In this document: piece by piece, positions 20,365 through 31,526 of the stretch | How positions within the stretch are numbered: the stretch's first letter is position 1 | Layout: every line of letters begins with the position of its first letter | DNA from: a bacterium | GTDB lineage: Bacteria; UBA8248 | Length of the DNA: 64,000 bases | Assembly (NCBI GenBank): GCA_965200245.1 | Contig: CBDATS010000015.1 | Span: forward strand, 352,001-416,000 | Direction: 5' to 3' | The notes under the pieces: generated by a model | What the model was told of the DNA's origin: nothing | What the model saw: the letters and a program-made list of their open reading frames with translations, nothing else | The model's database searches: none | Made by a program: the position numbers and the translations under genes

Positions 20365-23300
20365 GTGAGAATACTAAAGGTACGTTTCAAGAATCTGAAC
20401 TCTCTGGCCGGTGAATGGGAAATTGATCTCACGCATCCGGCGTTCACATCAGACGGCATCTTCGCTATCACCGGGCCAACCGGCGCAGGGAAGACAACTA
20501 TTTTTGATGCCATATGCATCGCACTTTATGGCAGGACGCCTCGTCTGAACAAGGTTACCAAAGCGGAAACGAGATCATGTCCCGCCAGACCGGCGAATGC
20601 TTTGCCGAAGTGACGTTCGAGACTCACACCAGACGTTTCCGGTGTCACTGGAGCCACCACAGGGCACGCAAGAAACCATCCGGCGACCTGCAGTCCCCGA
20701 AACACGAGATTGCCGATGCTGACTCAGGTGAGATTTTGGAGTTCAAGATTACTGGGGTCGCTGACCAAGTCGAGGAGGCCACTGGTATGGATTTTGAACG
20801 CTTCACCCGGTCCATGCTGTTGGCTCAAGGCGGCTTTGCCGCGTTCCTGCAGGCTGCACCTGACGAACGGGCTCCGATCTTGGAGCAGATAACGGGCACA
20901 GAGATATACAGTCAGATATCCATCCGAGTCCATGAGCGACAGCGTGAAGAGCGGGATAAATTGAACCTGCTTCAGGCTGAAACGGCAGGAATCGTGATTC
21001 TGGAGCCGGAACAGGAAAAAGAAATTCAACAGGCACTTGAGTCAAAACAGAAAGAAGAGATAGAAATCAGCGCCAATCATAATGCCACAGAGAAGGCCAT
21101 TTCTTGGTTGACTGTCGTAGATGGCCTCAAGAAGGAAATCATCGCCCTGTCCGATGAAGCGGATAACCTACAAAGCGATATCGATGCTTTCAAACCAGAT
21201 CGTTACAAACTCGGTCAGGCAAAGAAAGCCGCGACACTGGATAGCTTGTACGCGACGCTAACAGCAATTCGAAAACAACAGACGGACGATCAGGAAGAAC
21301 GGAAAGCCAAGGCAGAGATCCTACCTGAACTGGAGTTCTCTGCCAAGAAACAGGCCGAATCGCTGGAATTGGCTGAGCGGCAGGCCGTTGAAGTCAAAGA
21401 GGAACTGAAAACCGCTGCATCGCTCATCCAGAAGGTTCGCTCCCTCGATCAGAAGCTTGCCGACCAAGAAAAGGCTGTTTCGGAAAGTGAAGAAAGCTGC
21501 CAAAAAGATGCGGCAAATATTTTTGCGGATACACAGAACAGACTTGAAGAGCAGATAAAACGTTCCGAGGCTCAAAAAACTCTGGAACTTGTTGACGGCT
21601 ATCTCAAAAAACATGCAGAGGATGAATGGCTGATCAGCGGTCTGGCCGGTGTTGAAGAGCAACTAAATGGCCTACATTCCAAACAAAATGACATCGCTCA
21701 AAAAGAAGCCGATCAAAAAAAGGCCGTGACGGCTCTGGAACGGGCGAAAAAATCACTCGATGACTGGCAGAAGCAATGCAGCACTCGGAAGCGGGAACTG
21801 GACGATGCCTCCAACAGTCTTCAACAAGGCAAAGATGAATTAAGCCGGTTGCTGGGAGGCCGACTGTTGCGCGAATACCGCAGCGACAAGGAAGACCTGC
21901 TTCGTGACACAACCTCCCTAGCGGAAATAGCGGAACTTGAAGAGCACCGACTCAGGCTCGAAGATGGCAAAGCCTGTCCACTCTGTGGTGCGACAGAGCA
22001 CCCATTTGCGGAAGGTAACATTCCCGTTCCCGATGAAGCTGAGCAGAAGATTGAAACGCTCACCAAACTGATCAGCAAGGCTGAGAATCAGGAAGACGCT
22101 ATTAATAAACTCAAAGAATCGGAGGTAGCGGCCCGCAATAATTTAACGGAGGCTGAAAAGCAGGAGACAGCAGCGACCAATGATAAGAAGAATGCCAAGA
22201 AAACCCTTGCCGAGGCGAAAGAAGGCATGGAAAAACTCCAGACCGATTTTATTGAACAGAAACAGGCTGTATCTGTGAAACTTCTGGCGCTTGGCATCAC
22301 TGAAATCCCCGATACCGATGTTTCATTACTGCTTGAGTCACTCAGAGAACGGCTGAATGAATGGAAAAGCCGCCTAAAGGAAAAGGATGAAATCAAAAAA
22401 CAGATCGCTGACCTCGATAGTGAAATAAAACGTCTAGATGCGGTCATTGAAACCCAAAGTAAATCTTTGGCTGAGCAAAGCGAGCGTCTGGAGTCCCTGA
22501 AAAAGGAGCACACCATCGGGAGTGACAAGCGGAAAGAATTGTACGGCGACAGAAGTCCCGACGATGAGGAGTCTCGACTGAACAAGGCCGTTTCTGATGC
22601 TGAGGATACCGAAAAGAAAGCCAGAGAACTGCACAATGAATTACAGCAAGAATGGAACACCGCCAAGACGCATGTTGAATTATTGGAAAAGAGCATTACC
22701 CAGAGAGAACCAGAACTGAGAAAACCGGAAAATGAATTTTCTGCAAAGCTTCGGTCAGTTGGCTTTTCGGATGAAAATCAGTTTCTTAAGGCCAGACTAC
22801 CGAATTGGCAGAAAGATGAGTTCTCTGCAAAAGCACAGGAACTGGATGACCGCCAAACAGACCTTAAGGCCAGACAAGGGGATCGAGAAACACGCTTGCA
22901 TAAGGAAATTGCCAGGAAGGTTACCGACAAATCTCTTGAAGACCTAGAGCCGCAATTCAAGGAGTACAAGGATGCACTGAAAAAACTGCGGGACATCATT
23001 GCCGGTTTCAAGCACAGGCTCAGTGAAAATACGGCTGCCAAAGAGCAAATAAAGGCAAAGCAATCGGTTATCGAGACCCAGAAAAGTGAATGCCGCAGAT
23101 GGGAAAACCTGCACGAGTTGATCGGCTCTTCAGACGGCAAGAAGTACCGCAATTTTGCCCAGGGACTGACCTTCAAAACGATGATTGGTCATGTCAACCG
23201 GCAACTGGAGAAAATGACTGACCGCTACTTGCTGATCCGTGATGATGCTCAACCGCTGAAACTCAACGTATTGGACAACTACCAAGCGGGCGAGATACGA

Positions 23301-23618
23301 TCAACGAATAACCTTTCCGGTGGCGAAAGCTTTATCGTCAGCCTGTCGCTTGCGTTGGGTCTGGCCCAAATGGCCAGCAGGAATGTCCGGGTGGACTCGC
23401 TGTTCCTAGATGAAGGCTTTGGTACGCTGGACGAGGAAGCCCTCGATACAGCACTGGAAACTCTCGGGGGTTTGCAGCAGGCTGGCAAGCTAATCGGCGT
23501 AATTTCGCACGTACCAGCCCTGAAGGAGCGTATTGGCACCCAGATACAGGTAACGCCTCAAACCGGAGGCAGGAGCCAGATATCCGGTCCAGGATGCAGC
23601 AGGTTGGGCGCAATATAA
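20365..23618 (+). pseudogene. sbcC: SbcC (Rad50-like) ATPase with a frameshift near 20560
   Basis: Walker A GPTGAGKT in ORF 20365..20613; the remainder (CPLCG zinc hook, LSGGE, LFLDEGFG, ISH) is in another frame. Adding one A at 20560-20562 restores VTKSGNEIMSRQTG. Confidence 0.85.
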
Positions 23619-23641
23619 CTGGCTACAAAGGGAGGTTAACT

Positions 23642-23965
23642 CTGAGAACGTTGGGCGATTTCAAAACAGCCAAGACCATTCTCGCCAGATTCCATCAGGA
23701 CATTGACGCCATCAACCATGCTACCCAATAGTTGCCCCTAAACGTGTTCGAGCAGATGCATCGTGCTATGAAACCCTTCCGACATCACCAACCGGAAATC
23801 AGTCGAGCCCTGGAAATATCGGGAGCAGCGACCTAGATAAAAGACATCATAGATGCCAACCAACATTGGCAGGACATGCTTGAGCAACCCACCATGACGA
23901 GCCGTTTTGCCGATAGCACCTCAGTTGCACATTACCAAGAGTGCAGAGGTCAACAAACAGAATGA
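23642..23965 (+). pseudogene. Degenerate unknown ORF with two in-frame TAG codons
   Basis: GGAGG RBS at 23631 follows sbcC. The frame is open except for TAG at 23729 and 23834. No family recognised. Confidence 0.3.
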
Positions 23966-24279
23966 CTGCGAGAGAATGTCTCTCCGCCGGGTGATGTGCA
24001 CTGAAGATTCCGGGCTCATGAAAGTGCTCTGAACACCAGTACCGACCTGGTGACATTAGAACACACAACTCCCCTACCCCTAGAAGGAGAACATCTCGTT
24101 CTATACATTAATTTCTTCTGCACCGAACCCTGCAGAATCGGCGAATATCCCCATCGCTTCGCTGCCCATTCGCGTAATTTGATTCGAACGAAGCGACAAC
24201 ACAAAGTCGGAAAGTTTGAATCCAGTGTCCATCCATAATACCCGACTGTTCTACTCGTGAATCGACGATATACGCGTGA

Positions 24280-25008
24280 TTATGACTTTATTGTCGCCGA
24301 CAACCCGGGGAGCATGGCCTGCGTCGGATTCATGGGGAAATGCTCCTCCTCCAAATCGGACTGTGAGAGCATTTTCACAAATGCGTCGAAGTCGTCGGCA
24401 GCCAGCTCAAGGGCAGACCGCCTGAGCAAGCTCATATATTCGGCGAAAGCTCTTGCCTGGCAGTTGAACTGTTTCGCCGGATTGAATTCGATATCCGTGA
24501 AAGCCCGGCAGTTCACATTTTCGTTTATCCATTCCGCCTTATCTTTCAGGGTTCGAATATATATCCAATCGTAAAAGGCATTCGTGGGAGATCGCGGGTA
24601 TCTTTTGCCCTCCAGTTCAAATCCAACAAGAAGCCCGCAGTCCCGTTCGCGCTCCCGGATCAACCGTTTGGCTTCTCGCGGGGGCAGCTCGAATACATCG
24701 TTGAAGGGCCCCCCTCCCTCAAATACCTTGGAACCCTGGTAAACGCTTTCCAGGGGAAATTTTTCACCACCAAGATCGATTTTAAGGCTGAAAGCGCTCA
24801 AACGCCTTCCGATTTCATCGAAGGATTTTGTCGATATTTCCAGGATGTTCTTGAGGCCGCCTTCGCGCGCGGCGGCATGAAGTGCTCGAATGTTTTTCTT
24901 CTTCTGAATTTCAGAAAAACCTGAAGCCCAACGGAATTCGAAAAAGCGTTCCTCTATAAGTCGGGTTTCACCGGAATCGGGAACGACGAACACCGGACGC
25001 ATCGCCAT
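24280..25008 (-). CDS. NADAR-family antitoxin (DarT1-associated, DarG1-like)
   Basis: MAMRPVF, WASGFSEIQKKKNIRALH, LEISTKS..GRRLSAFSL, ESVYQGSKVFEGGGP, FYDWIY, FTDIEFNPAKQFNCQAR. Translationally coupled (TGATG) to the upstream toxin. Confidence 0.75.
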   Translation of the reverse strand: MAMRPVFVVPDSGETRLIEERFFEFRWASGFSEIQKKKNIRALHAAAREGGLKNILEISTKSFDEIGRRLSAFSLKIDLGGEKFPLESVYQGSKVFEGGGPFNDVFELPPREAKRLIRERERDCGLLVGFELEGKRYPRSPTNAFYDWIYIRTLKDKAEWINENVNCRAFTDIEFNPAKQFNCQARAFAEYMSLLRRSALELAADDFDAFVKMLSQSDLEEEHFPMNPTQAMLPGLSATIKS

Positions 25009-25403
25009 CAGCAAGCACCTGTGATGAGTTTTCGCGGCACCGCGCCGGGCACCAGCACCTCAATCTTTTCGGCCGCTTGCAAGCGCCGCTGGAATTCCGG
25101 GTCAATCTTCAGATAGATTGGATTCGACAACCTCCCACCTTCCATTGCCCGAAATTGCATGGGATGGTTATCCGTCATGCAAAGGCTCACGTAGGGATCG
25201 AGGCCCCGGTGGCTATCCAACTGATCGCTGAGTTCGTTCCCGCCTGTGACACGTGGTGGCCACCGTCCTTCCTGCTTCATACGCTTCTTGCAAAGCAGGC
25301 CCTTTTCATCGATTGACGGGATGTTTGCTGCGTCAGTGAAATGATAGAGGCATTTGTGTTGCTCACTTTGCCTGATCTTCGTGATTAGCCAGTCGACATT
25401 CAT
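25008..25403 (-). CDS. DarT-like DNA ADP-ribosyltransferase (DUF4433), short and possibly internally deleted
   Basis: LYHFTDAANIPSIDEKGLL, YVSLC..NHPM, and a C-terminal EVLVP carrying the catalytic Glu; only 131 aa. Confidence 0.72.
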   Translation of the reverse strand: MNVDWLITKIRQSEQHKCLYHFTDAANIPSIDEKGLLCKKRMKQEGRWPPRVTGGNELSDQLDSHRGLDPYVSLCMTDNHPMQFRAMEGGRLSNPIYLKIDPEFQRRLQAAEKIEVLVPGAVPRKLITGAC

Positions 25404-25432
25404 GATCTCAATCTCTCATATTCCCAAATTCC

Positions 25433-26470
25433 CTACATCCACGAGAGCGGCGAGGCAAAGTCCCCCCGGAGTCTTCTGGCGGCGTCTTTGGCGAAGTAAG
25501 TGAGGATGATGTTCGCCCCTGCGCGTCGGAGGGACGTGAGCACCTCCATGAACGCACGTTCGGGGTCAAGCCAACCGTTCCGGCAAGCCGCCACCAGCAT
25601 GGCGAATTCACCCGAGACGTTGTATGCGGCGACGGGCAGGTCCGTGATTTCGCGTGCTCTGGCGATGATGTCGAGATAAGGCAGTGCGGGCTTGACCATC
25701 ACGATGTCCGCCCCCTCCTCGATATCGAGTTTTATTTCGCGCATGGCCTCGCGTGCGTTGGCCGGGTCCATCTGGTAGGAACTCCTGTCGCCGAAGGCGG
25801 GCGTGCTTTCCGCCGCCTCACGGAAAGGCCCGTAGAAGGCACTCGCGAATTTCGACGAGTAGGCCATGATGGGCGTCTGGGGGAAGCCGCCTGCGTCCAG
25901 GGCCGTTCGAATCGAGCCGATGCGGCCATCCATCATATCCGACGGAGCGATGATGTCTGCGCCCGCTTCCGCGTGGCTGACCGCCGTCTTGTCGAGCAGG
26001 TCAAGCGTGGGGTCGTTCAGGACTTTCTCGCCCTCAATGATTCCGCAATGGCCGTGATCCATGTATTCGCAAAGGCATACGTCCGTGATGACGCATAATT
26101 CGGGATAGGCTTCCTTGAGAGCGCGCACTGCGTCCTGTACCACACCATCCTTCGCATAGGCCTGGCTTGCAAGGTCGTCCTTGTGATTGGGAATCCCGAA
26201 CAGGATGACGCCAGGGATGTCCAAATCGGCGACTTCCGCGCAATCAGCCACCAATCTGTCAACAGAAAGCTGGTATTGTCCGGGCATGGAAGGAATTTCA
26301 CTCTTGATGTTCTCTCCTTCCACCACGAACATCGGATAGATCAGGTTATCGACCGAAAGATGCGTCTCGCGCACCATCCGCCGCATGGCAGCTGTCTCCC
26401 GCGTGCGCCTCGTGCGGTTTTTCACGTCGCTCCTGAGTGCTGAGAGAGTGACAGCATCGTTGCTTGTCAT
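25433..26470 (-). CDS. hemB: Porphobilinogen synthase (Zn-type)
   Basis: DVCLCEYMDHGHCG, APSDMMDG, FYGPFREA, VMVKPAL. Confidence 0.96.
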   Translation of the reverse strand: MTSNDAVTLSALRSDVKNRTRRTRETAAMRRMVRETHLSVDNLIYPMFVVEGENIKSEIPSMPGQYQLSVDRLVADCAEVADLDIPGVILFGIPNHKDDLASQAYAKDGVVQDAVRALKEAYPELCVITDVCLCEYMDHGHCGIIEGEKVLNDPTLDLLDKTAVSHAEAGADIIAPSDMMDGRIGSIRTALDAGGFPQTPIMAYSSKFASAFYGPFREAAESTPAFGDRSSYQMDPANAREAMREIKLDIEEGADIVMVKPALPYLDIIARAREITDLPVAAYNVSGEFAMLVAACRNGWLDPERAFMEVLTSLRRAGANIILTYFAKDAARRLRGDFASPLSWM

Positions 26471-26474
26471 CGGG

Positions 26475-27326
26475 TCATGCTCCCGTTCGCAAGGCGTGTC
26501 CACCCCGATTCGGTTTTTCGTAATAGGAACCGATGGCCTGCGCCATGCCTGAAATCGTCGACTCTACCGCCTCCACGTCCGGCTCGACGCCCCATTTACG
26601 CGCTGTATCCGAGGTAGCAGGGCCAATGGAGGCCATACGCGCACGCTGCATCCATCGCTTCGCGTTTTCCACACCCGCCGCCCAGATGAAACCATTGAGG
26701 GCGGATGAACTCGTGAAAGTCAACATATCAATTTTTCCTGCCTCAAGCTCCCCCCATACCCCACGCAGCGCATCTCGGCCCAAAGGCATTGTCCGGTAGA
26801 CGGCCACATCGTCAACGAAGGCACCCATTTCCGTTAGTGTTTTCGGGATAATGTCTCTCCCCTCTTTCGCCCGGGCCAACAAAACGCGCTCCTCTGCCAA
26901 GTTCTGATCTTGAAAAAGTGCAACCACGCCTTCTGCCGCGTATTTTCCGGCTGCCATATCAGGCATTCTGCCCAGATGCTTCTCTACCGAGGAAGCCGTG
27001 GCAGGCCCGATGGCCAGAATCGAAGTATCCGACGGGACCGCTTCGGGACCGACGTCGAGAACGGCAAGTCTCATCGCGAGAAATTTCGGTCCGTTCGCGC
27101 TCGTGAAAATAATCCTGTGATATTCATCAAGCACACGAATCGCCGCATCCACGGGCGACCAATCTTGAGGCTCCGCAACTCGTATCATGGGCGCGACTCG
27201 CACGCAGGCACCCAGGTCCATTAGCATCTTGCTCATGCGCGACGCCCCCTCCTCGGGGCGCGTGACGAGAATTGTCTTGTCGGCGAGGGGGCGTGTTTCC
27301 ATTCTCTGGCCTTGAGGGTCATTCAT
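26475..27326 (-). CDS. hemD: Uroporphyrinogen-III synthase
   Basis: ILVTRP, IFTSANG, AIGPATA, VYRT, FTSSS; lies in the hem operon. Confidence 0.9.
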   Translation of the reverse strand: MNDPQGQRMETRPLADKTILVTRPEEGASRMSKMLMDLGACVRVAPMIRVAEPQDWSPVDAAIRVLDEYHRIIFTSANGPKFLAMRLAVLDVGPEAVPSDTSILAIGPATASSVEKHLGRMPDMAAGKYAAEGVVALFQDQNLAEERVLLARAKEGRDIIPKTLTEMGAFVDDVAVYRTMPLGRDALRGVWGELEAGKIDMLTFTSSSALNGFIWAAGVENAKRWMQRARMASIGPATSDTARKWGVEPDVEAVESTISGMAQAIGSYYEKPNRGGHALRTGA

Positions 27327-28246
27327 CGTATATCTCTCAGTATCTCCGCCCCGCCGCTTGAGAAAACGTCTTCAGCCAGATCTTCCGCCAGGCGCACCGC
27401 GTCCTCGGGTGTGCCCACCCGCTCTTTTTCCACCATCCGCCCGCCGCAGGTGCTCGACAGGCGGGCTTTAATGCGAAAACCGCTTTTTCGAATCTCGGCG
27501 AACACGGCCAGAGGCAACTGACAACCTCCCTCAAGGCGCGCCATCACAACCCGCTCGGCCATGACAGCCCGTTTCGTTTCAGGATGCTCAAGCTCCCCGA
27601 CGAGGCGGCGTGTCGCTGCATCATTGGCTCTCGTCTCGATGGCGAGCGCGCCCTGCCCAGCGGCGGGGAGCATGAGTTCTGGTGCGAGCGATTCGCTCGC
27701 CCGTTCCTCAAATCCCAATCGCTTGAGACCCGCCAGCGCGAGAACAGCGGCTTCCACCTCTCCCGACGCCACTTTTGCGAGGCGCGTGTCCACGTTTCCG
27801 CGAAGTTCCACGATATCAAGGTCGCCCCGATAGCGCTTTATCTGCGTGATTCGCCTCAAACTGCTCGTCCCGATTCTGCTACCCGGCGCAAGGCCGCGCA
27901 CCGATTCCCCGTTTCGCGAAACCAGGGCGTCCCATGGTTCTTCCCTTTCGGGTATCGAGGCCAAGATGAGGCCTTCGGGCAATTCGCTGGGCAGGTCCTT
28001 CAGACTGTGGACGGCAGCGTCGATTTCGCCTTGCAACAAGGCATCTTCAATTTCTTTGACGAAAAGACCTTTGCCGCCCAATTCGTGAATCGGGGACCCG
28101 AGCATGGTATCTCCCCTCGTGCGGAGGATCACCTCCTCCACGACGAGGTCCGAATTCAACGCCTTGAGCCGCGTAGCTATTCCCGCCGTCTGCGCGCGCG
28201 CCAGCGCGCTGCCCCGTGTGCCAAGGCGCAGCGTGTAATTCACCAT
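27323..28246 (-). CDS. hemC: Hydroxymethylbilane synthase
   Basis: GTRGSALA, GKGLFVKEIE, VHSLKD, GTSSLRR, RGNVDTRL, LEGGCQLP. Confidence 0.96.
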   Translation of the reverse strand: MVNYTLRLGTRGSALARAQTAGIATRLKALNSDLVVEEVILRTRGDTMLGSPIHELGGKGLFVKEIEDALLQGEIDAAVHSLKDLPSELPEGLILASIPEREEPWDALVSRNGESVRGLAPGSRIGTSSLRRITQIKRYRGDLDIVELRGNVDTRLAKVASGEVEAAVLALAGLKRLGFEERASESLAPELMLPAAGQGALAIETRANDAATRRLVGELEHPETKRAVMAERVVMARLEGGCQLPLAVFAEIRKSGFRIKARLSSTCGGRMVEKERVGTPEDAVRLAEDLAEDVFSSGGAEILRDIR

Positions 28247-29557
28247 TCAGTCCGGCTCATTCGTCAGCACGTCGGGCGAGCCTTCATCACCCGCGGGCTT
28301 CACACCGAAGAGTTTCTGAACGGATTCAACCGAAATGCCCTCTACGTCCTCTTCCGCCATTTCGCGCAGGACAGCGAAAGGATGATGAAGCAACTTGTTG
28401 ACAAGCGCCTTCGTCATGGCGTCGAGTGCTTCGCGGCCATCCGCACCCAGTTCGGGCAGGCGGGAAAAAGTTTTTTCGACTTCCGCCTCGCGCATCGATT
28501 CCGCGTAAAAGCGTATCGCCGCGAAGGTGTGCCTGAGTTCCTCCGCCTTCTGAAGAGCGAGATAGGCCTGCACCTCGCTTTCAAGTATCGCGCGCGCATC
28601 ACGGGCCACCACTTCCCGGTTGCGCAGGTTGTCCGCCGCAACGGACTGGAGGTCGTCCACATCGTAGAGATAGACATCTTCAAGATCGTTCACATCGAGG
28701 GCCACGTTTCTCGGTACCGCGATGTCGATGAGAAAAACTGGCGCGTCGCGGCGGCGCTCCAGAGCGGCGGCCACGGTTGGCTTATCGAGAATAAAGCCTT
28801 GCGATGCCGTCGAAGCGATGACGACATCGGCATTGATGAGAGCTTCTTCCAGATTATCAAAACTTACGGCCTGCCCCCCGAGCTTGGAAGCCAACTCCTG
28901 GGCGCGCGCGAATGTCCTGTTCGCCAAGCGGAGGGTGTCGGCCCCGCTTGCCTTGAGGTGCCGCGCCGCCGCCTCGCCCATTTCTCCCGCACCGAGCAGA
29001 AGCACATTCTTTCCCTCGAGGGAGCCAAATATCCTTTTCGCCAGATCCACAGCTACGGAACTCACCGATACGGGTGATTCTCCTATCTGCGTTTGCTCGC
29101 GAATCTTTTTCGCCACGCGAAACGCGCGGGAAAACAGGTTCGTAAGTACCTTCCCTGCATGACCCGTGGTATGGGCAACCCGGTAGGCTTCTTTTACCTG
29201 CCCCAGAATCTGCGGCTCACCCACCACCATGGAATCAAGGCTCGACGCCACGGTGAAAAGGTGACGTGTGGCATCGTCTTCCCGGTGAACGTAGAGGTGG
29301 GTGCTCAACTCTTCCGCACCGATGTCGCGCGATTCCAGGAAAAAGCGGTGAATCGCGTCGAGCCCCACATCGAAATCCTCCGCCGCGCTGTAGACTTCCA
29401 CACGGTTGCATGTGGAGAGGATGAGACGCTCCTCCAGGCCGCTGTAGCCTCCGAGCCAGTCAAGCCACTCCGTCATGTGGTCTTCCGGAAAATAGAGGCG
29501 TTCGCGAATACTGAGCGGCGTGTTGTGATGACTCACGCCAGCAAGAATGATGGACAT
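28247..29557 (-). CDS. hemA: Glutamyl-tRNA reductase
   Basis: LSTCNRVE, SLDSMVVGEPQILGQVK, GAGEMG, DIAVPRNV. Confidence 0.96.
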   Translation of the reverse strand: MSIILAGVSHHNTPLSIRERLYFPEDHMTEWLDWLGGYSGLEERLILSTCNRVEVYSAAEDFDVGLDAIHRFFLESRDIGAEELSTHLYVHREDDATRHLFTVASSLDSMVVGEPQILGQVKEAYRVAHTTGHAGKVLTNLFSRAFRVAKKIREQTQIGESPVSVSSVAVDLAKRIFGSLEGKNVLLLGAGEMGEAAARHLKASGADTLRLANRTFARAQELASKLGGQAVSFDNLEEALINADVVIASTASQGFILDKPTVAAALERRRDAPVFLIDIAVPRNVALDVNDLEDVYLYDVDDLQSVAADNLRNREVVARDARAILESEVQAYLALQKAEELRHTFAAIRFYAESMREAEVEKTFSRLPELGADGREALDAMTKALVNKLLHHPFAVLREMAEEDVEGISVESVQKLFGVKPAGDEGSPDVLTNEPD

Positions 29558-29572
29558 CTTCTTCCCCGCTCC

Positions 29573-30340
29573 CTAAAAATGAACCACCAGCGCGAGCAGC
29601 GCGGCGAAGAAGGCCACCATTGAGAAAACGGCAGAACGTTTTCCCTTCCAGCTTCTGGTGAGCCGGCAAACGAGCAGGAGGCCGTAGCCTCCCCAAATGA
29701 ATATGAGAGGCCAAGTGCGTACCGGATCTAGGCTCCAGTAGGCGCCGTGGCGCGATTTCGCCCGCATCGATCCGAGCAGGAGGCTCGCCGTCAGGAACGC
29801 GAAGCCGAAATAGAGAATCTTGTGATTCAAATCGTCGAGAATGTCGAGCGAGGGCAATCGATGCAGCCAGGCACTCGGCCTTCTGGATTTCAACTGCTGG
29901 GATTGCACGAGATACATGAGTGCCGAGGCGAAGAGCAGAAAGAACGCGGCCCAGCTCAGTAGTGCGAGCACTGCATGGCCTTTGAGCAGATAACCCTGCA
30001 CGGCGCTCGAACCCGCTCCCCAGACGCCGGGAAAGGCGGATGCGTATCCCTCAAGAATGAATGCCGCGGGCACGGCGAAACCACCCAGGGCAATATCGCG
30101 GTAGCGCACATAAACGATGAGATACATCAGGATGATGATCCACGCCATGCCGCTCAGCCACTGCCCCCAGCCCTCAGGTGTGTCGGAGGCGAAGCTCACC
30201 CCCAGCATGAGGGTGTGAAGCGCGAACCCTACGAGCAACGAACCGATGCCGTAGACGACGCCTGACGACCTCCCCGTAAAGAGCAGGTAGAGGTGCGTGA
30301 TCGTCGCAATGAGATAGCAGCCGATCAAGATGGCGACCAC
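29573..30340 (-). CDS. Cytochrome c assembly (CcsA/HemX-like) membrane protein
   Basis: Multi-TM; LPSLDILD and YWSLDP (WWD-like) motifs; conserved position before hemA. Confidence 0.82.
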   Translation of the reverse strand: MVAILIGCYLIATITHLYLLFTGRSSGVVYGIGSLLVGFALHTLMLGVSFASDTPEGWGQWLSGMAWIIILMYLIVYVRYRDIALGGFAVPAAFILEGYASAFPGVWGAGSSAVQGYLLKGHAVLALLSWAAFFLLFASALMYLVQSQQLKSRRPSAWLHRLPSLDILDDLNHKILYFGFAFLTASLLLGSMRAKSRHGAYWSLDPVRTWPLIFIWGGYGLLLVCRLTRSWKGKRSAVFSMVAFFAALLALVVHF

Positions 30341-30590
30341 GGTATATTCCTCTCAGCGCAAGACCATGGTTTGCGCGTGTCTGAAACGGCCTTCTCCCTT
30401 CTCCGCCCCGGGAAAGGACGAAGAAGGCTATTTAGACCACCATTTCGGGCATTTTGCAATAATCCGGCGCGCCGCTTGGTACTTGTGTGCAGATTTCCCC
30501 CTTTCAAGTTGGCGAGCGCGGCCCGTTGCCACTATACTTGGCCGCAGATTCATCCGCCCATATATACCAGTCCGGGAGGGGCTGCACACT

Positions 30591-31526
30591 GTGATACCGC
30601 TCCCAAAGATCGACCCGCCACTCATCAACGCTAGCGGCATCCTGAGCTACCCGGAAGTTTTCGCCGCCTTCGAGAACGCTGGCGCGTGTCTTGGCGGTTA
30701 TGTCACGAAATCGGTCGGCCCCCAGGAGAAGACCGGCAACGACAACCCCGTGGTCGTATACCCCCCCGAAGGCGCGGTGCTCAATTCCCTCGCCCTGCCG
30801 ACGCAAAGCTCCGAGGACTGGGAGCGCGACCTCGAAGAAATAAAGCTCAAAAACGCGAAGCTCATCATTTCGGTCTATGGCGGGGATTCCCGTGAGTTCG
30901 CAGGCGTTACCCGGCGGATGTCGAGATTCGGCGACGCCATCGAGGTGAATCTCGGCTGTCCGAACAAGGAACCGGGCGAGCGGACCATCATGGAGAGCAT
31001 CGGCCAGAACCCCGCCTTCTCCGCCGAAGTCATCGAATGTGTCCGCGGTGAGACAGACAAACCCGTCATCGCCAAACTCTCACCCAATAGCGACTACCTA
31101 GCCGTGGCGGATTCCTGCCTGAGCGCTGGTGCGGACGCATTAGGCTGCGGAAACACCCTGGGGCCAGGTCTGGCGATGGATATTCGAAGCCGGGCGGCGA
31201 TCCTCGCGGGCACCACGGGCGGTATCAGTGGATCGGCACTCAAGCCCATCAACCTGCGCATGACGTATGAGGCCTATGCGCGCTTTCATTGCCCCATCGT
31301 CGCATATGGAGGTATCGAAACCTGGGAGGACGCTGTGGAATATATTCTCGCAGGTGCAAGCGTCCTGGGAATCGGCACCGCTTTCATGCGGAAGAACACG
31401 TACGAGGCCGCCGCCCTCACCCGGGATATCTGGGAAGGGATCCAGAACTACCTGGGAGGTGAGCCCCTGTCGGCTCTCACTGGCGCTGCGCATCGCGTGG
31501 TGAATGGGAACAGTTCCCATGCGTAG
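30591..31526 (+). CDS. pyrD: Dihydroorotate dehydrogenase family 1 catalytic subunit (divergent)
   Basis: INASG, VTKSV, EVNLGCPN, AKLSPN, NT, GGISG..LKP, GGI, AGAS. GTG start after a GGAGG RBS. Confidence 0.8.
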   Translation: MIPLPKIDPPLINASGILSYPEVFAAFENAGACLGGYVTKSVGPQEKTGNDNPVVVYPPEGAVLNSLALPTQSSEDWERDLEEIKLKNAKLIISVYGGDSREFAGVTRRMSRFGDAIEVNLGCPNKEPGERTIMESIGQNPAFSAEVIECVRGETDKPVIAKLSPNSDYLAVADSCLSAGADALGCGNTLGPGLAMDIRSRAAILAGTTGGISGSALKPINLRMTYEAYARFHCPIVAYGGIETWEDAVEYILAGASVLGIGTAFMRKNTYEAAALTRDIWEGIQNYLGGEPLSALTGAAHRVVNGNSSHA

